Shown here in pieces: positions 1 through 9,512 of a DNA stretch of 26,775 nt. Within the stretch, counting starts at the first letter, position 1. Every line of letters starts with the position of its first letter. A program made the translations under genes and the position numbers. The stretch spans positions 6,398 to 33,172 of the forward strand of contig RQSC01000002.1 of NCBI GenBank assembly GCA_013416795.1, read 5' to 3'. The notes beneath the pieces are model-generated. The model was given only the letters and a program-made list of their open reading frames with translations, made no database searches and was not told where the DNA came from. This DNA is from Prasinococcaceae sp. CCMP 1430. Lineage: Eukaryota; Plantae; Prasinodermophyta.

Positions 1-62
1 GCGCGCGCCCGCGCCCTCGGCGTCGCCGCGCCCGCGCCCTGCGCGCGGGTCGCGCCGCGACG

Positions 63-1927
63 ATGAGCGGCTACGGCTACAGCGACGAGAGGAACGACCC
101 GAACGACGTGTGGCAGGACCGCGAGATCCGCTTCGACGTGAGCGCCGACGAGCTCGAGCCGCGCAAGGGCGAGTATGCCATCGACCACATGAACCAAGTG
201 GAGGACACCAAGGGCAACAACGGCGAGCGCGGGGAGCTGCGCATCACCAACCTCCGCTTGGTGTGGTGGTCGTCGCGCAAGGCGCGCACGAACCTCTCGA
301 TCGGCTACTCAAGTGTCATTTCCATCAACATCCGGCAGGCCCAGAGCCGGCTGAGGGGCGCCACACACGCACTCTACGTGCTCACGCGATTCAATGTGCG
401 GCTGCTCGTGCCAGCGCTGGCGCCTGTGTGCGAGGGCGAGCCGGTTTCCCCGCGCACATGCGCGACGGCAACGCGCGCAGGCGCACGTGCACGCCCGCGC
501 ACGCTCATGCACACAGCACGCGCCAGCCTGGCTGACCGGCGCACGGCTTGCGTGCGCACCGCGCTCTGGCTTCGCCACGCCCACACACGCTGCACTCGCA
601 CGTGCTTGCGCGCAGGGCTCTCGCTTCGAGTTTGTCTTCACGAACCTCGTGAAGAACTCGCCGCGGCTCTTCACGACGGTGCAAGCTGTCTTCAGGGCGT
701 ACGATACCACGCACCTTTACAGAAACCTCAAGGTGAGTGAGCGGGTCTGCATTCGCCCGCTCGCGCGTGCTCGCGCACGAGCATTGAGCTGTCTGCCTGT
801 TCGCCAGACGAGCCTACGTTGCCCCCGCACGCACGCAAACGCACACGTCCACGCGCGCGCGGGAGTAAGCGCTCGCTCGCGCTTGCATCACTCGCGCACT
901 CACGGACGTGCGCGCCCACACGCGCACTCGAAGATCCGCTGCGCTATCATCCATGAGAAGCAACTGCGGCTCTTGCCACACGAGGAAGTGTACTCGACAG
1001 TGCCAGGCGTGTGGAATCTCAGTTCAGAGCAAGGCAATCTCGGCACCTTCGTCATCACAAACGTGCGACTGGTGTGGTTTGCCAATCTGTCGGATGGCTT
1101 CAACGTGTCCGTCCCATACATGCAGATGTCCTTCGTGCGCCACCAGGTGCGTGCGCGCGCGCGCGAGCGTGCCTGCGCTTGCAATTCGTGGCGTGCTCGA
1201 GGCGCTGACAGGGATTGGCGACGCCCCTCCTGCACGCACATCACGGCAGGAGAGCAAATTCGGCATGGCGATAGTAGTGAAGACCACCAAGCGCTCGGGC
1301 AGCTACACGCTTGGCTTCTCGGTGACTCCCGCCGAACGCCTATCGAGCGTTTTCAAAGAGATAGAGATGCTGCACGCGACGTACTCGCAGGTAGCTCGCG
1401 CGAGCTGGCGCACGATTCTGGCAGCCCTACACGCGCGCGCGTGCGATACTGCTGCAGCTGACCTGGCCCGACACGCGTCCGACGCGCGCGCGCGTGCGCG
1501 TGGACGTGCTTGGCTCGCGCATGCTTGCAGGACCCCATCTTCGGAGTCGACTTTGAAGTGGAGGACTCGCAGCAGAGCCTTGCTGCGGTCACGGTGCCGC
1601 GGCAAGAGGACGACGTCGTCATCGAGGACGAGGAGGTGCGTGCACCAAAGCGTGTCCAAGCGCGCCAGGGCGCGCAGCTACACCGGCGTGTGCGTGTGCG
1701 TTCCCACCGTGTGCGTTCTCGCGCGCGCCGTGCTCGCGCTCTCACACCTGGAAATGCGCGCGGCGGAGCAGGTGTCAGATGCGCTGGCTGCGTACTACGC
1801 GGACGGCGACGGCGGTGCTGGCGACGGCGCCGAGCAGCCTGCGCCGGTGGTTCATCCCGTGCTGGGCCTCGCCGTAGAGCCACCGCCGCAAGGGGTCACC
1901 ATCGAGCAGCTCTGGTCGGCGGTGTAG
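63..1927 (+). CDS. BBS5: Bardet-Biedl syndrome 5 protein (BBSome subunit), 6 exons: 63-395, 616-732, 934-1146, 1250-1390, 1531-1635, 1772-1927; 354 aa
   Basis: The spliced product has BBS5 hallmark segments: WQDREIRFD, VEDTKGNNGERGELRITNLR, RFEFVFTN, PRLFTTVQAVFRAYDTT, GVWNLSSEQGNLGTF, SKFGMAIV, PIFGVD, DALAAYYAD, LGLAVE. All five introns are GT...AG and keep frame. Confidence 0.95.
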
Positions 1928-2180
1928 TCCCGCAGAAAGGAGGCGCCGCCTCGCGCCCTCGTGGCGGCGCGCCTTTGCGCCCGCCAAGGTAATACTCTCA
2001 CGTCCAATCCAAGCGGCGATCGCGTCGCCTGTGCGGTGCGGAGGGCGCCCAGTGCTATGATTAATTAACTTACGACGTACTACGTGATGGCGTGTGAATG
2101 CTTTCACCACCATCGGCCGTCGGTGGAGGCCACCTCCGCGCGCCCGCGCCCGCGGCGTCACGCCCAGCCCGTTGGGCTTT

Positions 2181-2921
2181 TCACCAGGCACCCGTCTTCG
2201 CCGGCGCCTGCTCCATGACGAGCGCCATGTCCGCAGTCTCGCGGTTGTAGCCGTTCACCGACGCCTCGATGACGTTGGCGATGTCGATCAGCGGGAGGCG
2301 GCGGAAGGGCTCCTCGAGGTTCACGCCGATCTCGTCGATGCTCACGATCAGAAGGGAGACGACGGCCATGACCGGGATGGCGACGGCGCCGAGCTGCGGC
2401 ACGAGCGCGAACGGCAGGCCGGAGAGCCACAGCATCATGAAGCGCGAGGTGTGGCGAGTGACCGAGAGCGGCATCGGCGTGCGGAGGATGCGCTCGCACG
2501 CGCCCATGGTGTCGGTGAGGTTGTGCAGGCGCTCCGCCAGGTAGAGGTGGGTGATGTTGTCGATCTCGCCGCGCTCCTGGGCCTTGCGGATGACGTGACT
2601 CATCGCGCACAGGGCGGCGCCCGGCTTGTGCCCGGAGGCCATGATGGCGTCCACCTCCGCGGGCTCGATCTTCTGCTCCAGCACGCCGCGCAGGTACGAG
2701 TCCGAGAGGCCCTGCAGGTGCGCGGCGAGGACGTGCACGTACGCGGTGATGAGGCGAAGGCCGCGCTGGCAGAGCGTGGGCGAGGTCTTGTACAGGCCGC
2801 AGATGGTCTCACGCGCGAGCGAGCGGCACGCGTTGACGGTGCCGCCCCAGAGGATGCGCGCCTCCCACCAGCGCGCGTACGACGTGTTGGTGCGGAACAC
2901 GAGGAGCATGGCCATCGCGAA
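2181..2921 (-). CDS. Bestrophin-family (UPF0187/VCCN/BST-like) anion channel, N-terminal part missing
   Basis: Motifs LLVFRTNTSYARWWEAR..WG, ACERILRTPMP..TRHTSRF and IDEIGVNLEEPF; stop TGA at 2181-2183. Similarity ends upstream of FAMAMLLVFR (2921), which is preceded by CAG on the minus strand. No upstream bestrophin exon is recognisable. Confidence 0.88.
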   Translation of the reverse strand, partial: FAMAMLLVFRTNTSYARWWEARILWGGTVNACRSLARETICGLYKTSPTLCQRGLRLITAYVHVLAAHLQGLSDSYLRGVLEQKIEPAEVDAIMASGHKPGAALCAMSHVIRKAQERGEIDNITHLYLAERLHNLTDTMGACERILRTPMPLSVTRHTSRFMMLWLSGLPFALVPQLGAVAIPVMAVVSLLIVSIDEIGVNLEEPFRRLPLIDIANVIEASVNGYNRETADMALVMEQAPAKTGAW

Positions 2922-4136
2922 CTGCCCGCCGGCGTGTGGGTCGTCGTCGACGCGAGCGCGTGCAGCGCAGGCACGGGCGGGCAATGCGGCGCGGACGCGA
3001 CCGCGCGCGTACTGTGCGTCGAGGCACTCAAGCTCGGCGGCGTGGTGGGGGCCACGCGCTGTGGCGTGCCCCCCGCACGCGTCCCCATGCCTGCGGGCGA
3101 CGCGGCACACGTGATCCTCCTTGGACCGCGCGCCAACACAGCAGCAGGGGGGGGATGGGAGGGCGCCGCCGAGCTCGCGGTACTGTACGCCGAGATGCCG
3201 CCTGTGCAAGCGATGTCCGCGGCGCGTGCGGTGGCGGAGGCGCTCACGTGGGAGCTCAGCGCCGATGAGGGCGACGCCGACGCCGACGCCAATGCTGACG
3301 AGGAGGGTGGCAAAGGACGCGGCTTGCCCTCGCTGGAGCTGAGCGATTTACCCAGGTCAGAGCTGCTGGGTGTCGAGGTGGACCTGTTCCCCGTGAGCGC
3401 AGAGGACTGCGAGGTCAAAGGCAGCGCGGCCGCGCCTGCTTCCGCCGACCCCGTTGGAGCCGCATCAATTCGTGTGGGGAAGGGGCCCAGTGCGCGCATG
3501 GTGCTGGCCGTCGAGCGGCTTGGGGCACGCAGGGGAGATGGCGGGGTGGTCGGATGCGGGCACGAGGACGGCGTTTGCAACGGTGGGCGCGGCAACCGAG
3601 CGGCTTGTGCCGCCGCCGCTGTCGCTCCCGTGTCGCTCGCCACCGTTTCGCAGGCACTCGTCGGGGAGGGCTTTCACCGCACGCTGCACGCTGAGCTCAC
3701 GCTGGCGTCCGCCGGCACCGAAGGCGAGACGGCCGGTGGCGCTGGATGGGCTGACTGCGTGGCCTCGCTGCTTTGGGTGCTGCCACCGCGCGTGTTTGCC
3801 GATCCGTACGAGCTGGCGCGGGGGCGCGCGGGCGGCACGTCATTCCGAGGCGATGCGCACGCGTTCGCAGTTCGCTCGCGCAGCGAGCTCGAGCGCGCGG
3901 GCGTATTCTCGCGGCAGGTCGTGCTCGAGGCCACACGCAGCGTGGGCGCGGGTGGGGAGGTCCAGGTTGAGATGCCGTTGCACACGCGATACGCTGTGCC
4001 GGACGGGTTGACAGCGGCAGGCGAGCGCGGCGCGGAGTGGGCGGTAGGCAGCAGCGCCGCAGAAACCGTGCCACCTCCTGCCGTGCTCGTGCGCTGCGCA
4101 GGAGACGCCTCGCCGCGCGCGCTCGCGCTCGTGTGA
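2922..4136 (+). CDS. PIG-X/PBN1-domain protein (GPI mannosyltransferase I accessory subunit-like); start uncertain (first ATG 3087), no C-terminal TM seen
   Basis: The 3' part of ORF 2094-4136 has GEGFHRTL, LP..VFADPYEL, ELE, MPLHTRY and VPPP.VLVRC, typical of PIG-X. The 2094-2921 part of that ORF is only the antisense shadow of bestrophin. Confidence 0.72.
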   Translation: MPAGVWVVVDASACSAGTGGQCGADATARVLCVEALKLGGVVGATRCGVPPARVPMPAGDAAHVILLGPRANTAAGGGWEGAAELAVLYAEMPPVQAMSAARAVAEALTWELSADEGDADADANADEEGGKGRGLPSLELSDLPRSELLGVEVDLFPVSAEDCEVKGSAAAPASADPVGAASIRVGKGPSARMVLAVERLGARRGDGGVVGCGHEDGVCNGGRGNRAACAAAAVAPVSLATVSQALVGEGFHRTLHAELTLASAGTEGETAGGAGWADCVASLLWVLPPRVFADPYELARGRAGGTSFRGDAHAFAVRSRSELERAGVFSRQVVLEATRSVGAGGEVQVEMPLHTRYAVPDGLTAAGERGAEWAVGSSAAETVPPPAVLVRCAGDASPRALALV

Positions 4137-4143
4137 CCGCAGG

Positions 4144-4161
4144 TGTAAAAGGCGCATGTAA
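4144..4161 (+). promoter_or_regulatory. Two TGTAA motifs, putative chlorophyte-type polyadenylation signals
   Basis: TGTAA at 4144-4148 and 4157-4161, just after the TGA stop at 4134-4136. UGUAA is the established near-upstream poly(A) element in Chlamydomonas and related green algae. Confidence 0.5.
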
Positions 4162-4258
4162 CTAACATTCGCACGTGAGAGCACGCGCACACGCGTGGGT
4201 GGTGGGGGGCGCGGTGACTCGTGAGGTGTGAAAGATGCGGTTGCCGTGCGTCGATCCC

Positions 4259-4732
4259 CTAGCGAGCTCGGCGTGCTCTTCTCCGCCGATTCGGAGGGGT
4301 TGAGCTGCTACCACCCTTGATGGTATACAGCATGTCAAGGACCTTTTTGTAATCTTTTCGCCTCACTCGCTTGGCATGCTCGAGGGCAGACATGCCCTCA
4401 ACCTTTTCGTTGGCGGTAAAACAGTTGGACATGTCGGCGCCCGCCTCCATCAGCACGCCGAGGCTGTCGGGTTTGCCAAATCTCACAGCTACACATGCAG
4501 GCGACCATCCGGCATTGTTTTTGTGGTCCTTGCGTATGTCTGCGCCCGCGTCCAGAAGCAGGCGCAGGCAGCCCGCTGAGCCGGATTGAGCAGCTGCATG
4601 TAGAGCGGTGTCTCCCTCCTCGTCCACCGTGTCCCAGTCGGCACCTGCCTCAAGCAGCAGATTGAGGCAGTCTGCGCTGCCGTCTTCCGCTGCGCAGTAT
4701 GGTGGTGGTCTGTTGGCAAACCCCAATGCCAA
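4259..4732 (-). pseudogene. Partial tandem duplicate of the ankyrin gene 3' end (last ~3-4 repeats plus tail), no ATG start
   Basis: LLLEAGADWDTVD..DTALHAAA..GSAGCLRLLLDAGAD..KN..GWSPA..GADMSNCFTANE..EGMSALEHA aligns with the C-terminus of 4820-6736. Flanking DNA 4183-4290 matches 4739-4848. Confidence 0.7.
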
Positions 4733-4819
4733 AAAATCGCGCGCACACGCGAGGGTGGTGGGGGCGCGCGCCGACCGGTGAGGTGTGAAAGAGGTGCATG
4801 CCGTGCGCTCGTCCCCTCG

Positions 4820-6736
4820 CTAGCTCGGCTTGCGCTTCTCCGCCGATTTGCGCTGCTGCTCGTGCAGCATCTCCAGGACCTTGTCGTACGACGAGGTCGG
4901 TAACTTGCACCCGAGGTTCTCGCGCCTCTCTTGCTCGGCATGCTCGAGGGCAGACATGCCCTCGTCGTCCTCGTTGGCGGTGAAACAGGTGGACATGTCG
5001 GCACCCGCATCGATCAGCACTCGGAGGCAGTCGGGGTTGCCCCCTTTGGCAGCCAAGGCTGCGGGTGACCATCCGTGCCGGTTTTTTCCGTTGATGTGTT
5101 TGTCTGCGCCCGCGTCCAGCAATAGACGCAGGCAGTGCGCTGAGCCGGTTGCAGCTGCTGCATGTATAGGGGTATCGAAGTCCCCGTCCGCCGTGTTCCA
5201 GTCGGCACCAGCCTCCAGCAGTAGTCTGAGGCAGCTAAGCCCCCCATCCTGCTCAGTTGCAGCTGCGCAGTGTACAGGAGTCCGCCATTCGTATCCCTCC
5301 TTGTCCTTGTCGGCCCCCGCCTCGAGGAGCAACCGAAGGCAGTCGGTGTGACCTCCTTTGGCTGCGAAGTGCACAGGAGCATCGCGGTCCTTTTGATGCT
5401 TGTCCTTGTCCACCCCCGCCTCGAGCAGCAGTTTGAGACAGTCGATGCTGCCGTTTGCGGCTGCGTAGTGTACCGGCGTGTATCCATGCCAGTCTCCCTT
5501 GTCCTTGTCGGCCCCCGCGTCGAGCAGCAGCCGCAGGCAGTCGGTGTGACCTCCCGCGGCTGCCAAGTGCGCAGGAGACCGTCCTTTTTCATCTCCCTCG
5601 TCTTTCTTGGCCCCTGCCTCAAGCAGCAGCCGAAGGCACCCGAGGTGACCGTTCCCGGCAGCGAGATGTGCGGGCGCCAGATCCTTTATGTCGAGTGCGT
5701 CCTTTCCGGGCCAGTTCCCCACCCTTGCAAGAAGCAGACGCAGGCACTCCTCACGGCCCCGCTCGGCCGCCAGGTGCAGCGCACTGCGGCCCTTGTAGTC
5801 CTCTTTACTTTCGTCGGTGCCTGCCTCGAACAGTAGCTTCAAGCAGTCGACGTGCCCGAGCTCGGCTGCGACGTGCACAGCAATGCGTCCCGAGTCTGAT
5901 ACCATCAGCTCCGTACTCGCGTCCAGCTTCAGCAGCAAGCGAAGGCGGTTGGCGTTTCCACTCTCGGCAGCGAGGTACGCGAGAGGCCTTGGGTGACCAT
6001 CGAGCGTGTCAGGCTCCATTCGGTCTATGTCGGCGCCCGCCGCAATTAGCAATCGCAAGCAATCCTCGTGGTCAAACTCTGCTGCTGCGTGGAGAGCGGT
6101 GCACTCATCGACGTTGAACTTGTGGATGTCAGCACCCGCCTCGATCAATAGGCGCAGGCAGTCTACGTTGCCCCGCTTTGCGGCGTAGTAGGTAGGAGTC
6201 TCTCCATTAGCGTCTTGCTTGTCCTTATCGGCACCCGCTTCAAGCAGCACCCGCAGGCAGCCGACGTTGCCCTCCTTGGCTGCGCAGTGAGCAGGGGCCA
6301 TTCCGTAGAAGCCTCTCTTGTCCTTGTCGATGCCAGCCTCGAGCAGCATCTGCATGTTCTCGGAGTTGCCCCACGATGCCGCGTGGTTCGCGGCGACGCT
6401 CACACCAATGCGCGCAGCGTCGCGTGACATCCGCAGGCTGCGCAGGTACGCCGCGTTCACCCCCTCCGTCTCCGCCAGGAGCAGCACCGACTGGCGCGCG
6501 GTCTCCGCCCTCGCCTCGCCTTTGGCGCCTGACCCGGGTGCGCCGGTGTCTTCCCAGTCCTTTGCGACGAGTGCCTCACGCCGATGCCGAGTTTCGTGGT
6601 CGAGGCCATGCGCAATCGCCCATTGCACGGCGACTGCCGCCGTGGCACGCGCCGCGTCGAGCTCCTCGCGTGCCGCGTGCACGTCCGCCGCGCTCGTCCC
6701 CGCCGTCTGGGCCACCACCAGCAGCGCCTGCCGCAT
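4820..6736 (-). CDS. Ankyrin-repeat protein (~14-15 repeats), apparently intronless; start uncertain (ATG 6736; frame open further upstream)
   Basis: Repeated G.TP.H.AA..G..DCLRLLLEAGADKD units at ~33-aa spacing; TAG stop at 4820-4822. Confidence 0.9.
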   Translation of the reverse strand: MRQALLVVAQTAGTSAADVHAAREELDAARATAAVAVQWAIAHGLDHETRHRREALVAKDWEDTGAPGSGAKGEARAETARQSVLLLAETEGVNAAYLRSLRMSRDAARIGVSVAANHAASWGNSENMQMLLEAGIDKDKRGFYGMAPAHCAAKEGNVGCLRVLLEAGADKDKQDANGETPTYYAAKRGNVDCLRLLIEAGADIHKFNVDECTALHAAAEFDHEDCLRLLIAAGADIDRMEPDTLDGHPRPLAYLAAESGNANRLRLLLKLDASTELMVSDSGRIAVHVAAELGHVDCLKLLFEAGTDESKEDYKGRSALHLAAERGREECLRLLLARVGNWPGKDALDIKDLAPAHLAAGNGHLGCLRLLLEAGAKKDEGDEKGRSPAHLAAAGGHTDCLRLLLDAGADKDKGDWHGYTPVHYAAANGSIDCLKLLLEAGVDKDKHQKDRDAPVHFAAKGGHTDCLRLLLEAGADKDKEGYEWRTPVHCAAATEQDGGLSCLRLLLEAGADWNTADGDFDTPIHAAAATGSAHCLRLLLDAGADKHINGKNRHGWSPAALAAKGGNPDCLRVLIDAGADMSTCFTANEDDEGMSALEHAEQERRENLGCKLPTSSYDKVLEMLHEQQRKSAEKRKPS

Positions 6737-6984
6737 GCGCTCCGCCCCGGCCGCGCCGCCCGTGCCGCCCAAGCCCGCCTCCGCCCGCGCCCGCCATCGC
6801 GCGCTCCCCGCCGCCCGCGGCTCGGCCCTGAGGCGGCCACGCCGATGACGCGCCGTCGGAAGCCGCCACGCCAGGGCAGGAGCCGCCGCCTCAGAGAGCA
6901 GAGGCGGGGGGGGAGGGGGGGGACGGCGCTGAGCGCTCCGCGAGTGGCAGCCCCACAGCCCCCAGCGCGCGGGAGTTCCCCCAA

Positions 6985-7221
6985 TTCGACGCTTCTAAAT
7001 TTCATATCCGCCGCCACCGCCAAATTACTTTGCATAAAATCATATCCATTTTCTGGAAGGTATTCTTGAAATATTGGATGTACATGTACATGTGAATGTG
7101 ATGCGGGGTGTGCAATCCATACAAACTAACGAATATAATTTGGGATACAGCGTGAATTTGAAAGCTCCCAGAATCATCTCACTTTCTGTAAAGGCGCTCG
7201 AAATTATTTGCATTCGATTTG
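6985..7221. promoter_or_regulatory. AT-rich intergenic island, probable bidirectional promoter between the ankyrin and MRH genes
   Basis: Sharp AT-rich patch between two divergently oriented genes. It has an imperfect direct repeat aaattactttgcat (7022) / aaattatttgcat (7201) and atgtacatgtacatgt (7078). Confidence 0.4.
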
Positions 7222-9266
7222 ATGGCGAGGTGTTGCGTGCGTGCGGCGCCCCGATCGGCGCGGTGTGCGGGGCGGGAGGTGTGGTGGGGGGGGAGCCACA
7301 CTGCGCGCGCTGAGGGTGGTGGGGGGGGGGAGACGAGGACCCGATCGGTGTCGTACGCTCTCGTCTGGGGGTCCCGCGTTGCGCGCGGCGCGGGCGGCCA
7401 TGCGCGCGCGCGGCCACGCGCGCTCGCTCGTACCGCGGCGGCTGCCATCTGCGCGCTGCTGCTGCCGCTGCTGCTCGTTCTCGCGCGCGCGCCGGCGGGC
7501 GCGCACGCGGCGGCGGCCATCCCCGCCAGGGACAAGTCCAAGGCGAAGGCGTCGCGGGGGAAGCCCCAGGCCGCCGCGAGGGACGGCGCCGAGGCGAGCG
7601 GGCCCGACAAGGGGCTCGCGCCGTGCCAGTGGAAGGACCCGGAGACAGGTGCGATGCGCGCGGATGTTAGCAGCGCGAACACCCTCATCTTTATGCTGCG
7701 CACTGGCTGGTGCGCCGGCACGTGCGCTCGCCTGCGTACAGATGCGCTCGCGATGATGCACGTGGGCGCGTGTGTGCGTGTGCGCACGAGCGCCCACTGC
7801 ACGCGCGCGCACCTGCTGGCAGTGACGGGTGCGTCTGGCATGTTGGCAATGAGGACTATTGTCATCAAAACAAGCGCTGACATGATCACCGCGCGCAGGC
7901 CTGCGCTTCGACTGGACGGCGCTCGTGAGCGCCTCGCACTACTCCTTCGTGGGGGTGGTCGAGGAGTACGGCGAGGACGCGCTGCACAACGCCCGCGACC
8001 TCGACGACGCCCACCACCCCGCGGGCATCTGGGACGGCGCCGACTTCGAGGGCTACCGCTACATGATCAACTTCTGCAACCCCGCCAGGACGGTGCCGGA
8101 CATCTGCGTAAGCAGGGTGCGTGCGCATGCGCGCGCGTGCTGGCATGGTGCGGGTGGTTGTCTGTATGCATGTATGCAGGTAGTAGAGACGGAGCCCACG
8201 TGCACACACATCGATTAACACGCACGCGCTCTCTGATCACCACCGTGGAATAAAAATAGGGCCCGCCCGCCGCCGCGTACCAGGTGACGATGGACGGCCG
8301 CGGCCACGGCGCCGGCACGCATCCCGAGGGCTGTAGGGCGCTTGGGGCGGTGAACAACATGACTTGGAGCCTCCTCGATTCGCGCGACCCCGAGCTGGGC
8401 GTGCGCCTCACCTACCGCGGCGGCGAGCCCTGCCGCAAGCGCCCCGCGGGCTGGACGGACAGGGACCGCGACTGGGTGTCGGTCGACAGGACCTTCAGCA
8501 TCGACATGTGAGAGCGCAGCGAGCATCGAGCGCGTGCGTGCTGTGTGCTCGTGCATGCGCGACCACGTATGTGGTTGCTGGCGCGGAAATGCGTGTTGAG
8601 ACCCCATCGCTGACTGACTGTGCTGCGTCTCTCGCGCATCGCGTCGTATGCCTGCGCCATCAGGGTGTGCGACCCCTCCGACCGCGGCTCGGAGGGCCTC
8701 ATCAAGTCCGTCACGATGGCCACGGCCAGCGAGACGGAGATGTGCGCGTACACGCTCGTGTGGCCGTCGCGCTTCGGCTGCGCGGTCAACGCGCGCGGGG
8801 CGCGCGCCGACATGAGCACGGCGTGGGCGCACGGGCGCCAGCCGCACTGGCTGCTCAACCTGCGCGCGGCGTTCGCGATGGGCTGCCTGGTTGCCTTCAT
8901 GATTGCGGGCGCGCAGTGCTACCGCCACCGGCGCACCGTGCGCCTGCTGGCGCCAGACTGCGCGCGCGGGCGGCGGGCCGCCTGGAGGGCGCTGTGGCGC
9001 ACGCTGCTGCCCGCGCCGGGCGACCTGCTGGCGAGCGGGACCATCGAGAGGATGGGTGCGTTGATGCGTTTGTTTGTGGAGCGCCCGCGTTTGTGTGCGC
9101 ACGCCTGCGTTGCATTCATGCGTGTTCTCGTTTTGTGAATCTGTGCTGACGGTACTTACTGCGCGATGTTGGCGCAGGCGGAGCGTTCCCCGAGGACTCC
9201 AACGGCGGCGGTGGGGCCCGACGGTCGCCAGCGGGGTACGCGTCGCCAGCCAAGCGCGCGGTTTGA
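7222..9266 (+). CDS. MRH (mannose-6-phosphate receptor homology)-domain type I membrane protein, M6PR/ATG27-like; exons (7222 or ~7400)-7648, 7899-8107/8116, 8260-8507, 8664-9055, 9178-9266
   Basis: Signal-like AICALLLPLLLVLA, then CQWKDPETG|LRFDWTAL, YRYMINFCNP, AAAYQV, CRALG, GVRLTYRGGEPC, RTFSIDMVCDP, EMCAYTLVWPSRFGC (MRH Cys spacing and Q/R/E/Y-type residues), then TM AAFAMGCLVAFMIAGA and a basic tail. Introns are GT-AG and frame-compatible; several have ctgac-type branch motifs. Confidence 0.8.
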
Positions 9267-9512
9267 AGTGCTCGCTGAAGTTGGCGCTCGAAAGGTGCCG
9301 GTGCGTTAGTCGGCTGCCCTTCCGAAGAGTGTGCGCCCTTGCGCAACTTGAACGTTCATGAACTGTCCGTTGCAGTAATTGAAAGCTCTCTCTTGCAAAT
9401 AGATAAAGTATACCTGTAGTTCTTGGCGGCCTCTGTGTCTGTGTCTTGAGCACAGCCGTGACTCGCTGGTCTGTGGCCTCTCGATTTTGTGCGTGGTGCT
9501 GTGGAGTACGAA

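Noticed and set aside
2094-2921. N-terminal half of the 680-aa plus-strand ORF as a real protein
   Set aside because: It is the antisense shadow of the high-GC3 bestrophin exon and starts at GTG.
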